Shown here in pieces: positions 23,001-35,543 of a DNA stretch of 48,901 bases (position 1 is its first letter; the number at the start of each line of letters is the position of its first letter). The stretch covers positions 1 through 48,901 of the forward strand of contig CDMY01000572.1 in NCBI GenBank assembly GCA_001179505.1, in the 5' to 3' direction. The DNA is from Vitrella brassicaformis CCMP3155. Lineage: Eukaryota > Protista > Chromerida. Position numbers and translations under genes: made by a program. The notes under the pieces were generated by a model that searched no databases, was not told the DNA's origin, and saw only the letters and a program-made list of their open reading frames with translations.

Positions 23001-23773
23001 TGTTGTGCCTGCCGCCCACCGGCTCGGCCGACCAGTCCTCCGGCAGCGAGTACTCGGGGTCCTCCAGCCGCTTGGGGTCGAACTGAGACCAGTCCTCAAA
23101 ACGGAGCTTGCCCTCCTCCTTCCACCTGCAAACAAATGAGTGCGTCTAGCGGTTTGGCCGCGTGTGTGTGTGTGTGTGCGTGTGTTGTGTTGGTCACGCA
23201 CCTGAGCCTCTCCCAGCTGTTGGGCGACTCGCTGTCGACGTATTCGGGGTCGTCTTCCTTTGCCCATCTGTCGGCGTAGTCCTCCCTCCTGTAGTTGGGG
23301 TCGACCATGTCGTTGATCAGCCCGGACACGCGCTCCTGCTCCAGCCGCTTCACCAGCTTGTACGACGACGACTCGGTGTCAACGCCGTCCTCCTCACCCT
23401 CCCCTCCCTCTTTGGCGGCTGGCGGCTGCTCCTTCTCTTTCGCCGCAGTGTCAGCCTGCACCGAACCAGACAGACACAAACACAGAGATTAACACGATCA
23501 CCATCGCCCTTCTCATGCATCCTCATTATTGCTGTCTGTGCTCACCTCAGCAGTGGACATCGAGAACAGGCGCTGATGGTGCTGATTTCTCCGCCTCCGT
23601 GCCCGCAGCAGCAGATCTCGCCCTCCAGTGTGCCCCAGCGACCTCCAGCCGCCAGCCGTGCCGATGAAAGCTGGCCTGAGTGACGCTGGTGCCGACGAGC
23701 TGAGGTCGCTGATGCTCACTGCATGGCCAATCAGAGCTTCAAGCACGACCATCAGGGCAGCTGCAAAAATCAT
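20062..23773 (-). CDS. sufD: Plastid-targeted Fe-S cluster assembly protein SufD (SufB/SufD family)
   Basis: Signal plus transit-like N-terminus (MIFAAALMVVLEALIGHAVS..PAFIG). Motifs: KREPWRF, RSLLLNERSK, SIPVLEMMSPQIKAAHG|ATV, DQIIYLRTRGL, GFANEV. Multi-exon. Confidence 0.85.
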
Positions 23774-23872
23774 CGTGTGGCTCACAGCGGTCCTCTTCTT
23801 ACACCAGCTGGCATATAACAACGGTAAGGGAAATGGATATTGACAAAAAGATCAAAGCTTTCCAGCGATTCA

Positions 23873-23898
23873 AGCTCGCAGAAGAGCTTAGCTCGCAG
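23873..23898. promoter_or_regulatory. Two AGCTCGCAG motifs in the divergent sufD / COPI-associated intergenic region
   Basis: Exact 9-mers at 23873 and 23890 in a ~270-bp head-to-head interval. Confidence 0.5.
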
Positions 23899-24041
23899 AC
23901 GGATCGCTGCATCGAAAGATTCGAGCATCACGGGAAGCACATCGGCCGACAAGCAGAGCGCTTGACGTCGTTCTCCCATCAGCACTCATCTCTTTCACCT
24001 GGTGAAGGTTTCGGTGAGATCTGTGGGTCAATTTCATCATC

Positions 24042-24709
24042 ATGTTGGTCCCGCTTCGGGTAGTGGGCGCCATAGGTAAGGCCACACACACATCGACGGG
24101 CACTTTATGCATCTTTCTTGCCCCCTGCTATCGATGCGTTGCATTCAGGAAGCGCCGCTATTTCGTTTGTCGGCATGGTGAGTGAATGAATCGCACACAC
24201 ACCACAACAGCAGGAGCAGCCACACGCTCACGCCGCCTCCCTCTGTGTGTGTGTGTGTGTCTGTCTGTCAGATGGTTCTGTTCACGTTTTCAAGGCACGC
24301 GCGTCTGTTCGATGGTCTGCACAACCTCGCTCTCAGCCTCTTTTTCATCGTCTCGGGCATCGTGGGCCTCTCAGCCGAGCTCTACCCCAACGCCTTCGTC
24401 CAGCAGCACTTGGGCTTCACGAGCAAGCTGACGGGCAGGGGCTGTTTCTACGTCTTCCTCGGCTTCCTGGTGTGTGGGGGGTACGGCGTGCGCTACAGCA
24501 AGTTCATGAAGACGGTCAGTGCGGTCATCGGCATGTACAACGTGTGTGTGGGGGCGATGGACATCTGTGTGGGGGTGGGAGGTGGGGGAAGTGTCAACAA
24601 TCCCGGGCTTGATGTGCCGCTGCGAGTGGACACTGAGACCGGACTGAGGCCGAGCGGGCCGAGTGCGGCGGGGAGGGTGGAGCCGACGGCCATCAACGCG
24701 ACGCTGTGA
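24042..24709 (+). CDS. COPI-associated (TVP15-like) small membrane protein
   Basis: Three in-phase exons read MLVPLRVVGAI|GSAAISFVGM|MVLFTF. The HLGFTSKLTGRGCFYVFLGFLV segment fits the family's GRGxFYxFxG motif. The start codon is uncertain. Confidence 0.65.
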
Positions 24710-25184
24710 TTGAGTCATTTGTGCGGATGGGGGGAGGGGGGGAGGGGGAGGGGGAGGGGAAGGGATGGTGTGTGTGGTGTGTTGCCTACGTACTCACTCT
24801 ATTTGTCGTCGTCCTGCTGACTGACTTACTGACTTACTGATCTGTGGCACTCACTGGCGTGGATGGTTGATGGATGCGGTCGGTATGTATTGAAGGCTAG
24901 TGCTGCTGGCGGGGTGCGGTGCTGCTGGCTGTTTATCCATCCGGCTGTCTGTCTGTCTGTTCTATCTACTCGTTGACTTGCTGCGGTACGTCTGTTCACA
25001 CTTGGGGAGCTGGCGATATATTGAGACTGGTCGACTTTTAGCCTTACTGAAGGTGAATTTCCTGACCGACGATGTGCCGAAATGGCCGCACACACAGCAC
25101 CCCGTGACTACTGAACAGCACCGTCAACCGACCGGATGTGTCAGGAACAACAAATACAGAGCACTCAGCACACACATGACACGC

Positions 25185-25740
25185 TCAGCCCACGCGCCAC
25201 AGAGCCAGCTTCCTATCATAGAAGCTGCACGACGCACAATGGTGGGCGCCTGGGGCAGCCGACGGCACGCTGGCAATCCCGTAGGCCATCGACCCGTGGC
25301 CAGTGTACTCGTGCAGCAGCTCATACTCACCTGCACACACACAACGACGGCCGCACGTGTGTTGTCGCCATTTTCTCTCGGCCTACCGGTGGCGGTGGGT
25401 TGTGTTTGCCATATCTGGCAGCCTCCGTGGCAGGCGGCCACCATCAACCGGTCGACGGAGGGCCCCTGGCCTGGAGAGCTCCTGCACAGCACACACAACG
25501 ATGGATGGATGGACAGCGCTGAGCCATTGGTTTTGCCTGCCACCGGTCACCTCGCTCACCGTCTTAGTGTGCTGTCCCATTTGAGACGCCACACTCCGCC
25601 ACTCGACTGCAGAACAGACGAACGAACCGACACATGCACTCGCCAATCTGTCCTGTTCTCTCTTGTCTGACCTTGAAGGAGCTGGTGGGGCTTCCAATGC
25701 TCCGAAGATCCCACACACGGACATACTCGTCGTAACTGAA

Positions 25741-25775
<35 letters not shown>

Positions 25776-27086
25776 CGAGATGGACAAATCGATGCATTTG
25801 GTCCAGGTGGGCATCGAGCTGATGACCATCCGGAGAGCAGCGTGTGCTCATCGGTGTCGTGGAATGCGATTGCCGTGACGCCCATCGGATGCTCCCGCCT
25901 GTTGTGCGCCACGGGGGCGTCGAAGCCGACACGAGCGTCCCATATCTTCATAGCACAGTCGTCTGCCCCAGTGGCGATGAGGCGGCACGCGCCATGCAGC
26001 TGGTCCGGTGCTGCAGGTGTGGGCTGCAGTGCGATGGTCCATGTTTCCAGGTCGTGGGCACACCTGCCCTGACGTTAACCACACACACACAAAGACAGAT
26101 AGATGGGACAGAGGGGATCATGGTTGGAGTGGGTGTGTGTACCATGTGACGACCTTCCTCGGCTGCGTGAGGTCCTCCGACTGCACCAGACACGCCGTCC
26201 CATCAGACACACAATACCCAAACACACTGCAGACATCCACACACACAGAGCAACGTGCAGCCAAGCGCTCATCTGTAGTGTGCCCTCTCTTGCTGACCAA
26301 CCAAGGCGAGTCGTCCAGCAGCGCCACAGCGGTGCATATGGGCCCATCGCCACCGGGCGCACCACATGTGCCCTCGGCCGTCAGCTCGGGGCGTGCCGTG
26401 GGTGAGGCTACGGTGAGGGGGCGGGGCGGTGGGAGAGGGCCGTCGGGAGGGATGGACGACAGAGTGACCGCCGAGCTGACACTCAGACCTCCCTCTTCGC
26501 CCCACTCCTGTCAACCGAGGGACCATCGAATGAGCAATGTGTTGGCTGTCTTGGTTTTCTGCTTCTGCCTCTCTGTCTGTCTGTCTGTCTGTCTGGTCGT
26601 GGCTACCAGTGTGACTCGAATGAGGTGGACTGCGGCATCGGCTCCTGCGGCGACGAGCGTGACTGAGCCCTCAGAGGATAACACACAGCGGACATCCAGC
26701 ACACCACAGGACAAGTCGACGAAGGGCAGCGCACACAGACGACATCCATCCGACCTGCACACACACACACACACTCAGCACTCAGTAGGGACTCGATTGT
26801 GGCTGTCCGCTCACCTGTGGTGGGCATTGACATACAGCAGGTGCATGCCGCCCATCCGGCGGCCGGGCGATGAGTCCTCAGGCTGCTTGACCAGCTCGTA
26901 GCCGCCGCACGCCAGCAGCGTCAGATCTCCGTCGTGGTCTCGGCGGCGACGATGGACACTGCAGCTGTCCAGACAGTCGGCGTTGTACAGCGTCTGAAAC
27001 TTCATCTCTGTGAAGTTCTCGCTCTCTTCCAAAGCGATCGATCGCCCGTTGGGAAAGGTTGCCGTCCCGTGTTGGTACGGACTCAT
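25185..27086 (-). CDS. DPH7: WD40 protein, diphthine methyl ester hydrolase DPH7/WDR85/RRT2
   Basis: Motifs: ADCLDSC..LLACGGYEL; KIWDAR..HPMGVTAI..LLSG|SYDEYVRVWDLR; GGVWRLKW; HGSMAYG..CSFYDRKLALW*. Confidence 0.85.
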
Positions 27087-28830
27087 TCATGCGTACACAG
27101 ACACACACGTGTGTGTTGTGGTGTGTGTGTGTATGCGGAGTCCCGGTGAGAATCCATCCATGAGTCAAAGTGAACTCGAGCTCTGACATGCCAACTGAGT
27201 GTCACTCATTGCAAACCACATGCATCAAGAACCGAGAGGAACGACTGGCCAAGAGACTGCTCAGCGAAGCAGTTAAGTAAGGGCAGTTATAGATACACAC
27301 ACTGATGTGTTTCAACAATATCGTCGGCTGGCTGGGTGCCGACACAAAATGACCATCCCGACCGACTGGCCGTAGAACAGCGATGGTGACACTACACAAA
27401 TGGACCGGTGGCCATGGATGGGTGCAGGCAGTGAGTCAGTCAAGTCAGTCAAGTCAGTCAGTCAGTCAGTCAAGAGGACCAGGATGCCTTCCGCGACTGG
27501 TTCGGACCCCGGCCGGCAGCACAGCAGGATCTCAGACAAACGGCTCCCTGATGACGACGCCAAGCAGGTGGGCGGCGCGAGTGTGAGCATCTATCCTGGC
27601 ACTGAGTGAGTGAGTGAGTGCATCTCATCTCATCAGGTGGGTAGACAGACGTAGTATGTGCGTGCGGTCTACCCACGAGTCTGTCTACCGTGCACAAGTC
27701 AAGTCAAGTAGTCAGGCAGGCAGGTTGGTGCATCCATCCGTGTGGGCGCATTTGTGGCCGACGCCCACCGACCAGGTCAGAATATGGTGACGACACGCTT
27801 GAAGTCACCGACCACCAAAAATGTCACCGTGCACACACACATCCATCCATCAGCCATGGAGCATGTCAACATCATCAAGTCAGTCACCGTCGGGGAAGAT
27901 CCGCAGAGAGAGAGTGGTCCACACACACACTCATTCGCTCACCCAGACAATACGCTGGCCGGCCAACGCACGAAACAGCGCCACGCCACAGACAGCGCAT
28001 GTTTGTCACTCATCCAGCCATCTCTATGAGCCAGACAGAGAGACCACTGACCGCCGTGTACATACATCCATCCATCCATGACGAGAATCCTGGCTGTGTT
28101 AGGCGTGAGTGTGGCGCACTTCAACACACACGCTTGGGTGCCGCGGCAGCTTAGCTGCCTCCTATCTAGCTATCAGAGCACCGCCCAGCCCGTCCATCCA
28201 TGCCCACAAACAAACGCCCAGCACCGCCCAGTGTATGGTTCTGCGAACGACGAGAGAAACAAACAGAATAGGCGGATGGCAACAGCGACAGCGCCCGCCA
28301 GCCGACACATTCCCGTGATCTTGCAGTGTGGCCAGACGAGGTGTCGGGGTATAAGGTCCCGTCCCCAGCAAGCCCCTGTGCGCAGCGACAGGCAGTGAGA
28401 AACAGAGACAATACAGGCACACGATCGACGAACGATAAACAACAAAAGCGACACGCGACTGAAAAACACAAGTGGTGTTGGTGTGGCTGGCTGGCTGGCA
28501 CATCCCCATGTTCACGCAGCGACCAGACCCACTCGGGGTGTCGGGATATAAGGTCCCTCCCGCCCCACGTGGTGCCGCCACACACGCGCCGGCAGCCAGC
28601 CCGTCAGTCCCATGAGTTCCCCAGCGACAGAAAAAAAGACCGGCAACACACACACGACATAATGCAACGACCAAGGCGGGTGACAGCAAGGCAGAGCAAT
28701 TAGTCAGAGCACTCTGGCAGGCAATGAATTAGCGAATCAACGCAGCAAAAGGGCAACGGGGACAGGCAGTAAGGTAAGAAGGAAGGCCACCAACTCACAC
28801 ACCCACATCGGCTCCATCGACTAAGGTGGT

Positions 28831-31800
28831 TCACTTGAACACCAGCTGCAGCCGCTCACTCCGATTAGTCATGGCCCCGCTGTTAACACGGTCGTCTATC
28901 GTTGTCTGGCCGAGGGGGCAGGTGGTGGCGCGGGAGGGCGGCAGCCTTCTGGCGATACTGCACACACCACAATACACACACACACACACACACATGGATG
29001 GATGAAGACACGTGAGGTGCGTGTGGCGTGAGTCGCGTTGCGCACATATGTACCGGTCGGCGATGTGGCCGACGTACACGGTGGTGTACTTGAGGCGGTG
29101 CTCGACTTGGCCGCCCCGCCGCACGCGCGTGACGTAGGCCTCTATCACCGGCGGGCGGTAGCTCACCAACGGGTGGCCGCCGCGGTAAACCTCCCTGGTG
29201 GCGTCCCAGGCCCCCAGCTCGGCCTGCATACACACATCGATGACAACGCACCACACAGAGACGACACATATGTCTGTCTGTCTGTCTGGTTGACGGATGG
29301 AATGATGAAGGCGTCGTGTTGCGACTCACCAGCGCCTTAAAGGGGGTGTTGCGGGGCAGCTTGAAGGCCCAAGAGCTGGTCACCGCCTCGGTATCCGCCA
29401 TTACATCAAATACCGACTGAGCCACATACACACACACACATGAGTGCATCCATGTGTGTGGTGTGTGTAGTGGTGTATGTCCATCTTCCTCTCACACCCA
29501 TCCGTACCATCTCGCCCTCGTAGCCCATGCGGGTGATATCGAACTCCTTCTGGCCCTTCACGAACCTGGCGCCGCCCCACGGCAAGTCGGCAAACACCTG
29601 CAGCCACACACGAAGGAAACAACACACGAATGCACTCAAGCACCACGTGTGTTTGTGTGGGGGGGCGTGCTATCTGCCTGCGTACGAAGTCACAGGTCTT
29701 CTCCTTTTTCTGCATGCGGGCGGTGACGGTATAGAAGGGCTCCTCAAAGACTACCGCCGGCTTCACCCCTGACACACACACGCACACACACACAGAGAGA
29801 GAGAGAGAGAGGAGCAGTGTGGCAGGCCGCTCATGGGTCCACTCAGCCATAGACTGGCGGATTCACCAACCGTAGATCTCGAAGTTGGCCTGTGCGTCGG
29901 CCGTGTGAGGCTTTTTTATCTCGCAGGCGCAGACATTCAGGCCGCTCAGACAGAACTGAATGGCGTTCCCGCCTGAGTTGAACGCATCAAGCACATAGAC
30001 AGACAGACAGACAGACAGACAAGGACATGTCAACAAACCAGAGAGAGAGAGGGGTGGGGGGGGGGGGGGNNNNNNNNNNNNNNNNNNNNNNNNNNNNNNN
30101 NNNNNNNNNNNNNNNNNNNNNNNNNNNNNNNNNNNNNNNNNNNNNNNNNNNNNNNNNNNNNNNNNNNNNNNNNNNNNNNNNNNNNNNNNNNNNNNNNNNN
30201 NNNNNNNNNNNNNNNNNNNNNNNNNNNNNNNNNNNNNNNNNNNNNNNNNNNNNNNNNNNNNNNNNNNNNNNNNNNNNNNNNNNNNNNNNNNNNNNNNNNN
30301 NNNNNNNNNNNNNNNNNNNNNNNNNNNNNNNNNNNNNNNNNNNNNNNNNNNNNNNNNNNNNNNNNNNNNCCATGCATAGGTCGAGGACCTTGCCGCCCCG
30401 GGACACACTGGCCGCCACTGTCTGGGCGGTGATCGCCGCGATGCTCTCCGGTGACGCGCCTTCCCTGAGAGCATAGAGCATACACACGCATACACAGCAC
30501 ACAGCACCCATCCATCCATCCATCAATCCATGTGTGTGGAAGTGGTGTGGTGTGGTGCATTCAGACGCACCGCATCTCCTTGGTCGACAGCTTGGCACTG
30601 TCGTTGGCGAAGATGCGGCGGGTCAGTACATCATCCCATGTGACGTCCACTACCTTGACGTCCAGTATCACGACGCCCCAGGTGCCATGCGTTTGGCGGA
30701 CGTAGCTCTTGTTGGCATACTTGCCGACCAGCTGCGCCAGCTCGTAGTATACCTACACACACACACACACACACGTCATCTATGTGTGTGTGTGTGCTCA
30801 GCTGAGCAGCCCGTGTGTGTCTCCTCCCTCACCATGGCCTTGGTGGGGGGCGGCGGGATCTCCTCGACAGCCTCGTCATCGCTCTCCTATCACATACACA
30901 CACACACACACAGACATGACGGTGTGTCGTCAGCCGTATGCCCGCATCCACCCATGAATTGCCGTTGCTATGTAACTCACGTCACTGGCGGTGGTTTCAG
31001 TGGGGGTGTGGTCTTCTTCGACCTTGATGTAGTCGGCCCAGTTGGGAGGGCCAGTCGGCCAGTTGCCCATGGCCGACGACGATGTTGCGCTGCTGTCCTC
31101 CCGGGTGCGGGCGTGGTGCTCCTCCATAGCTCTGACAGACACACACAGACAGAAAGAGGCGGCGCGTCCGTCAGCATCCACACACACGATGGGTTCATTG
31201 GTGTGCGGGCGGGCAGGTGTGTGTGTGTGTGCATTGATTACCTGAAGGTTTCGGCCTCCTTGAGTTGCTCCAGCACCAGCTGACGCTGCGCCTCGAAATG
31301 AGCCGCCACACGGACGGCAAAGTCGCTGTGTGCACACCCATACACACATACATCTCCCGTCTGTGTGTGTGTAGACGCCTTGGTGTTGGTGTATACCTTG
31401 ATGGGCCGGTCTCCCCGTTGTCCTCCTCCCTCCCACGGACAAGTGAGTTGGCCATCTGCACACACACAACACACCAGGCAGACAGGCAGCCACATCGAGA
31501 TACATGAGAGGGGGATGCATGTGTGTGTCTGTGTGGTGCGGTCGTCCTGACCGATGTGCTGTGGTTGTGGTTGTGGTGCTGCGTCGTGTCGGCGGCGTCG
31601 CTGCCGTCCTCCTCCTACAGACAACACACACACACACCCCGACACACACAGACATACCGTGTGTTGGGGGTGGGTGGGGTGAGTGGCGTACGCACCTTGG
31701 CCTTGGATGCGGCGGAGACGGGCACCTCGCCCGCGGTGGTCTCGATCACCGCCTCGCACGCAGCAGTCCTCTGCGCGGCGTCCTGCAACTCATTGGTCCC

Positions 31801-32990
31801 GACTATCACCTACAGACAGACGCACCCAACACACACACGTGTGTACCAGTCTGTGGATCTGTCTGTAGTACATCTGTGTTGGGGGTGAGTCAGTGGTGAG
31901 TGACCTGACCTTCTCATGTCCCATCGAGGTGTTCTCGTACTTCTCGACCTTCTGGCAGGTCAGCGTGGCGGAGCTGATGGCATGCAAGTGGGTGGGCATC
32001 ACACACACACACACACAGAGACAGAGAGAGAGAGAGAGAGATGGGGAAGGTGTATTGTGTTCGTTGCCTTTTGTGTGTGTGCGTGGTCACTCACCCCTCC
32101 TTCATGTCGTTGACCCACTCGCCCTCGTAGACGTTGCCATTGGGGAACATGTAGGTGCCTTTGCCGTGCATCCACTCGCCCTGGTACACCCCCTCGTCGG
32201 CGTACAGGTACTCGGCCTCGCCGTTGACCCACTCGCCCTCGTACTTCTCCTCCACCACGTTACCCTCGGCGCTACCGGACGTCACGGCGCCCTCGCTGCG
32301 GCGCTTGTCGTCGCGCCACTCGCCCTGGTACACCCCCTCGTCGGCGTACAGGTACTCGGCGTGGCCATGCAGCTCGCCGTTGACCCACTGGCCCTCGAAC
32401 ACCGCACCGTCCGCGAAGCTGAACGTGCCCTGGCTGCGGCGCTTGCCAAACACGAACTCGCCCTCAGATTTCTTGAAGCCTGCACGGCCCACACGGCACC
32501 ATGACGCGTGGACCGAGGGATGGATGGATGGATGGATGGATGGATGCATTTGTTTCAGTGCGGTCGTGTCGCTAGCTCACTGGTGTGTTTGATGACGGTG
32601 CCATCGGGCAGCATGAGATTGGCCTTCAAGAAGGCGACGGGTGGGGGTCTCGTGGGCAATATCTCCTCCATCAGCATGTCCATGACGGACATTCTGGGTT
32701 CCTCGTCATCGGGCTGCACGCAGCCAACACAGAGAAAGAGAGAGAAGATGAAATGCGGCCCGACAGTGGGGCAGATGGGCAGAGGGTGACACAAGTGGCA
32801 TAGAAATGTGGGCTTCTCCTGACCGTTGTGGTGTTGTGTGCGTCATTCAGCCTCGCTATCCATCTCGTCAGAATACCCCACACTCCCCTGTCAGAGAGCA
32901 CACGGCAGCCAGTCAACGATGGGGTGCACCACGTGGCTTTGCTCTCGCCTCACGTGATGAACTCCATCCTTATCAACTCCTCGCAGACCT
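28831..32990 (-). CDS. MORN-repeat plus TGS1-like methyltransferase fusion (copy B, apparently intact)
   Basis: The MORN exon (~32097-32479; FEGQW, YQGEW, YEGEW repeats) splices in phase through seven linker exons to R|EGASPESIAAIT..VLDLCM[gap]GGNAIQF..VFADLPWGG..FKLPRNT..LKYTTVYVG. No stop or frameshift in any visible exon. The true 5' end is unresolved. Confidence 0.7.
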
Positions 32991-33340
32991 GCACCACACA
33001 ACACACACACAGCAAAGGCACTCATTTCGCGTCACGTCCGATGCAGTGCAGCGACACACGTCATCATGGCGTGAATGCAGCGACCTTTCCTCCCCCTTTG
33101 GCCCCTCCCTGCCCACCGTCCTGGTCTTGTTGCAGCGCCCTAATTGGGGCTCGTTAACAGCGCCTGACAGTGGCTCCTCGCAACACGCCTGACAAGTGGC
33201 TTCCGCCTTGTGGCGACTTAGCAGCGCGGCCTCACCGCTGACTTTCGCAAATTTGTGTGCACTCGATGTCACCTCGATCCAGCTGTGACAGCAGAAAGGA
33301 TTTGTTCTTCTTCTCTCTGCTAGACGCCGACCGCTGAATT

Positions 33341-33376
33341 CTGCGAGCTTTGGAGCTCGCAGTCCAAAGCTCGCAG
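33341..33376. promoter_or_regulatory. Three AGCTCGCAG motifs (one inverted) between the divergent MORN-TGS1 and CCCH genes
   Basis: CTGCGAGCT at 33341; AGCTCGCAG at 33354 and 33368. Confidence 0.5.
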
Positions 33377-33610
33377 TTTGAAGTGCGCTCCCTGAGAAGC
33401 GCCGCGAAGGGCCTTTGTCGATCTGCCCGTCTACACGTGTCCCTGAGTGACGTGGATTGGTGGATCTGGTGCAGGGCGGACAATACTTCATGGCAGCAGA
33501 GTGCACTGGACAAGGTAACGCCGAAATCGATCAGCAGATCTGTAAGTGCTCAGCCAACTTGTGTGTATCTTCGATCCATCCCGGCAGGCACCTCCCTCCC
33601 TGCCTCTCTG

Positions 33611-34098
33611 ATGTCCGGCATGCAGTGCTACAAAACCAAAATCTGTCGCTTCTTCGTGTAAGCAGCACACACGGCACACACACACGGGCCAGGAAGGGAA
33701 CACACCCTGATTGTGATTGATATGATCCGGGATCTCCTGCTGCATGACGATGTGTGGCTGTGCGGCAGTATGCAGCGAGAGCCGATGTCAGCGGGGGTCT
33801 GACTGCACATTTGCCCACTCGATGGAGGAGCTCAGGGCCAAACCTGACCTCAGAAAGGTGCGTTGGTGCGTTGTGCACGAAAGATGGAAGTGCCAAGGGA
33901 TCCACGCGTGGGCACGTTGTGTGTGTGATCAGCGACACATACTGCGACTACGCCCACGGTAGGTCAGACGGCGATACGATAGACACTCGCACGTTCTTGC
34001 GTCGTGTGGGTCGGTCAGGGAATGTGGAGTTGCGTCCGCCCGTTCGGTTTACAAGACGAGCTTGTGCTTTTTGTGGCAGAAGGGACAGTCCTTTCTGA
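33611..34098 (+). CDS. Tandem CCCH zinc-finger protein (short)
   Basis: Spliced: MSGMQCYKTKICRFFV|ESRCQRGSDCTFAHSMEELRAKPDLRK..C..C..|DTYCDYAHG, which follows the KTxxC..CxFAH..ELR pattern. Confidence 0.6.
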
Positions 34099-35543
34099 TG
34101 GTCCCTTCTTGACAGGACTTCTTCGCCCGTGAGGATTGCAGGTCGCAGTCTGGTGGGCGTTTGGCTGCGCCCGCCCGGCCGCCCCAGAGGGCGGATGGTC
34201 ACGCAAACCAACTCACGGTACGTCGCCTCAGACAGACAGACAGCCTAAAAGACAGATACGTACGAAGGCAAGCGTAACTCTATGCTTGGATGTATGTGGC
34301 ACGTGCTGGTTCCTTGTTCGGGCTGGTCCACTGTGTTTGGACAGTGAGGACTGAGAGTGAGAGAGAGAGCTGGGTAAGTGGCGCTGGCACGTCCGCCTGT
34401 CGTTTTCGCATTGGTGGTCCCTCGGGGCTAGCTGTCTGTCACTCAAACAATGCTTCCTCTGTTTCCCTTCTTCCCCGACTGTTAGCGTGTGCCTGGTCGT
34501 CCTGTTGATTCGCGTGGTGGAGAACACCGTCTACGTGTCGCAGGTGTTCGTCGACTAACATGGGATCAAGGCGCGATACGCAAACAAGGTGCTGCTGATG
34601 CTCGTCTGCTGGCTGGCCCTCACAGTGTCCAAGGTCATCTAGTGGCTGACGCATCAGTCATCACACCATCGAGCGGTGCAGGTGGCACCAAGAGGGACAG
34701 CGACAATGCGGCCACCAGCAGTGCACTGGCGGGTGGTGGGCGACTCGCCTGTCTCGTTATGTGAACATTCATTGTGTGATGTTGTAGTGCACGCCTTGTT
34801 GTTGCCTTCGTCACCCGCCCTGCTTTTTGGGCTCGTGTGTAACGTGTCATTGCTCTCTTCGCATGGCATGCAGTGAGTGTGTGTCTGTGTATCCCCAAGC
34901 CGCACTGGGGGCGCGGCGTGTGAGGCTTGTGCAGATTGATGCAGAAGGGACACCAACAAGCCGAAAAGCGAGAGCATGATGGAGAGAGAACGATGACGCG
35001 ATGGCGTGTGGGTGTGCGGGGATGCCTTAAGTGGCCGATTGACACAGTGGATGGACGCACTTGTGGGTGGCGGTGAGCGATGGATGACTCTCCCAGCAGA
35101 CACACGATCCACAACGGGCACCAAGCAGCCTTCATTGACCATGGAATGTCATTCAGCACGTCACAATGCAGCCCCGCTACCCAGCCAGCCGGAAGGCTAA
35201 ATATTGTGTCGATCACTTCGGCAGCAGATGAGCCATCATCGTGTGAAGGAATGGGTGAGTGTATACACGATGGATGACATCTCTCCGCCCATCCCATCTG
35301 CCTGCCTGCCTGCCTGCCGGCCACACCCCTTTCTCTCTATCGCCCCACCACCGCCCTACCCGACCCATCGCATATATCGAGCCGCACATCTAGAGAGATA
35401 CACCGACCGGTGACACACATAATGATTAGTTAGGGTCGGGCAGGCAGGAAGCAGAAGCAATCGATCAAAGAGCAACAGCCACCCATACACACATCAAAAT
35501 CTCTCAGCCTGCCTGCCCACCCTCATCCACCTGTTTGCCTGTC

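Noticed and set aside
34480-34640. Hydrophobic coding-like fragment (..VSQVFVD*HGIKARYANKVLLMLVCWLALTVSKVI*)
   Set aside because: It is short, has an internal stop, and no family or joinable exons could be identified.
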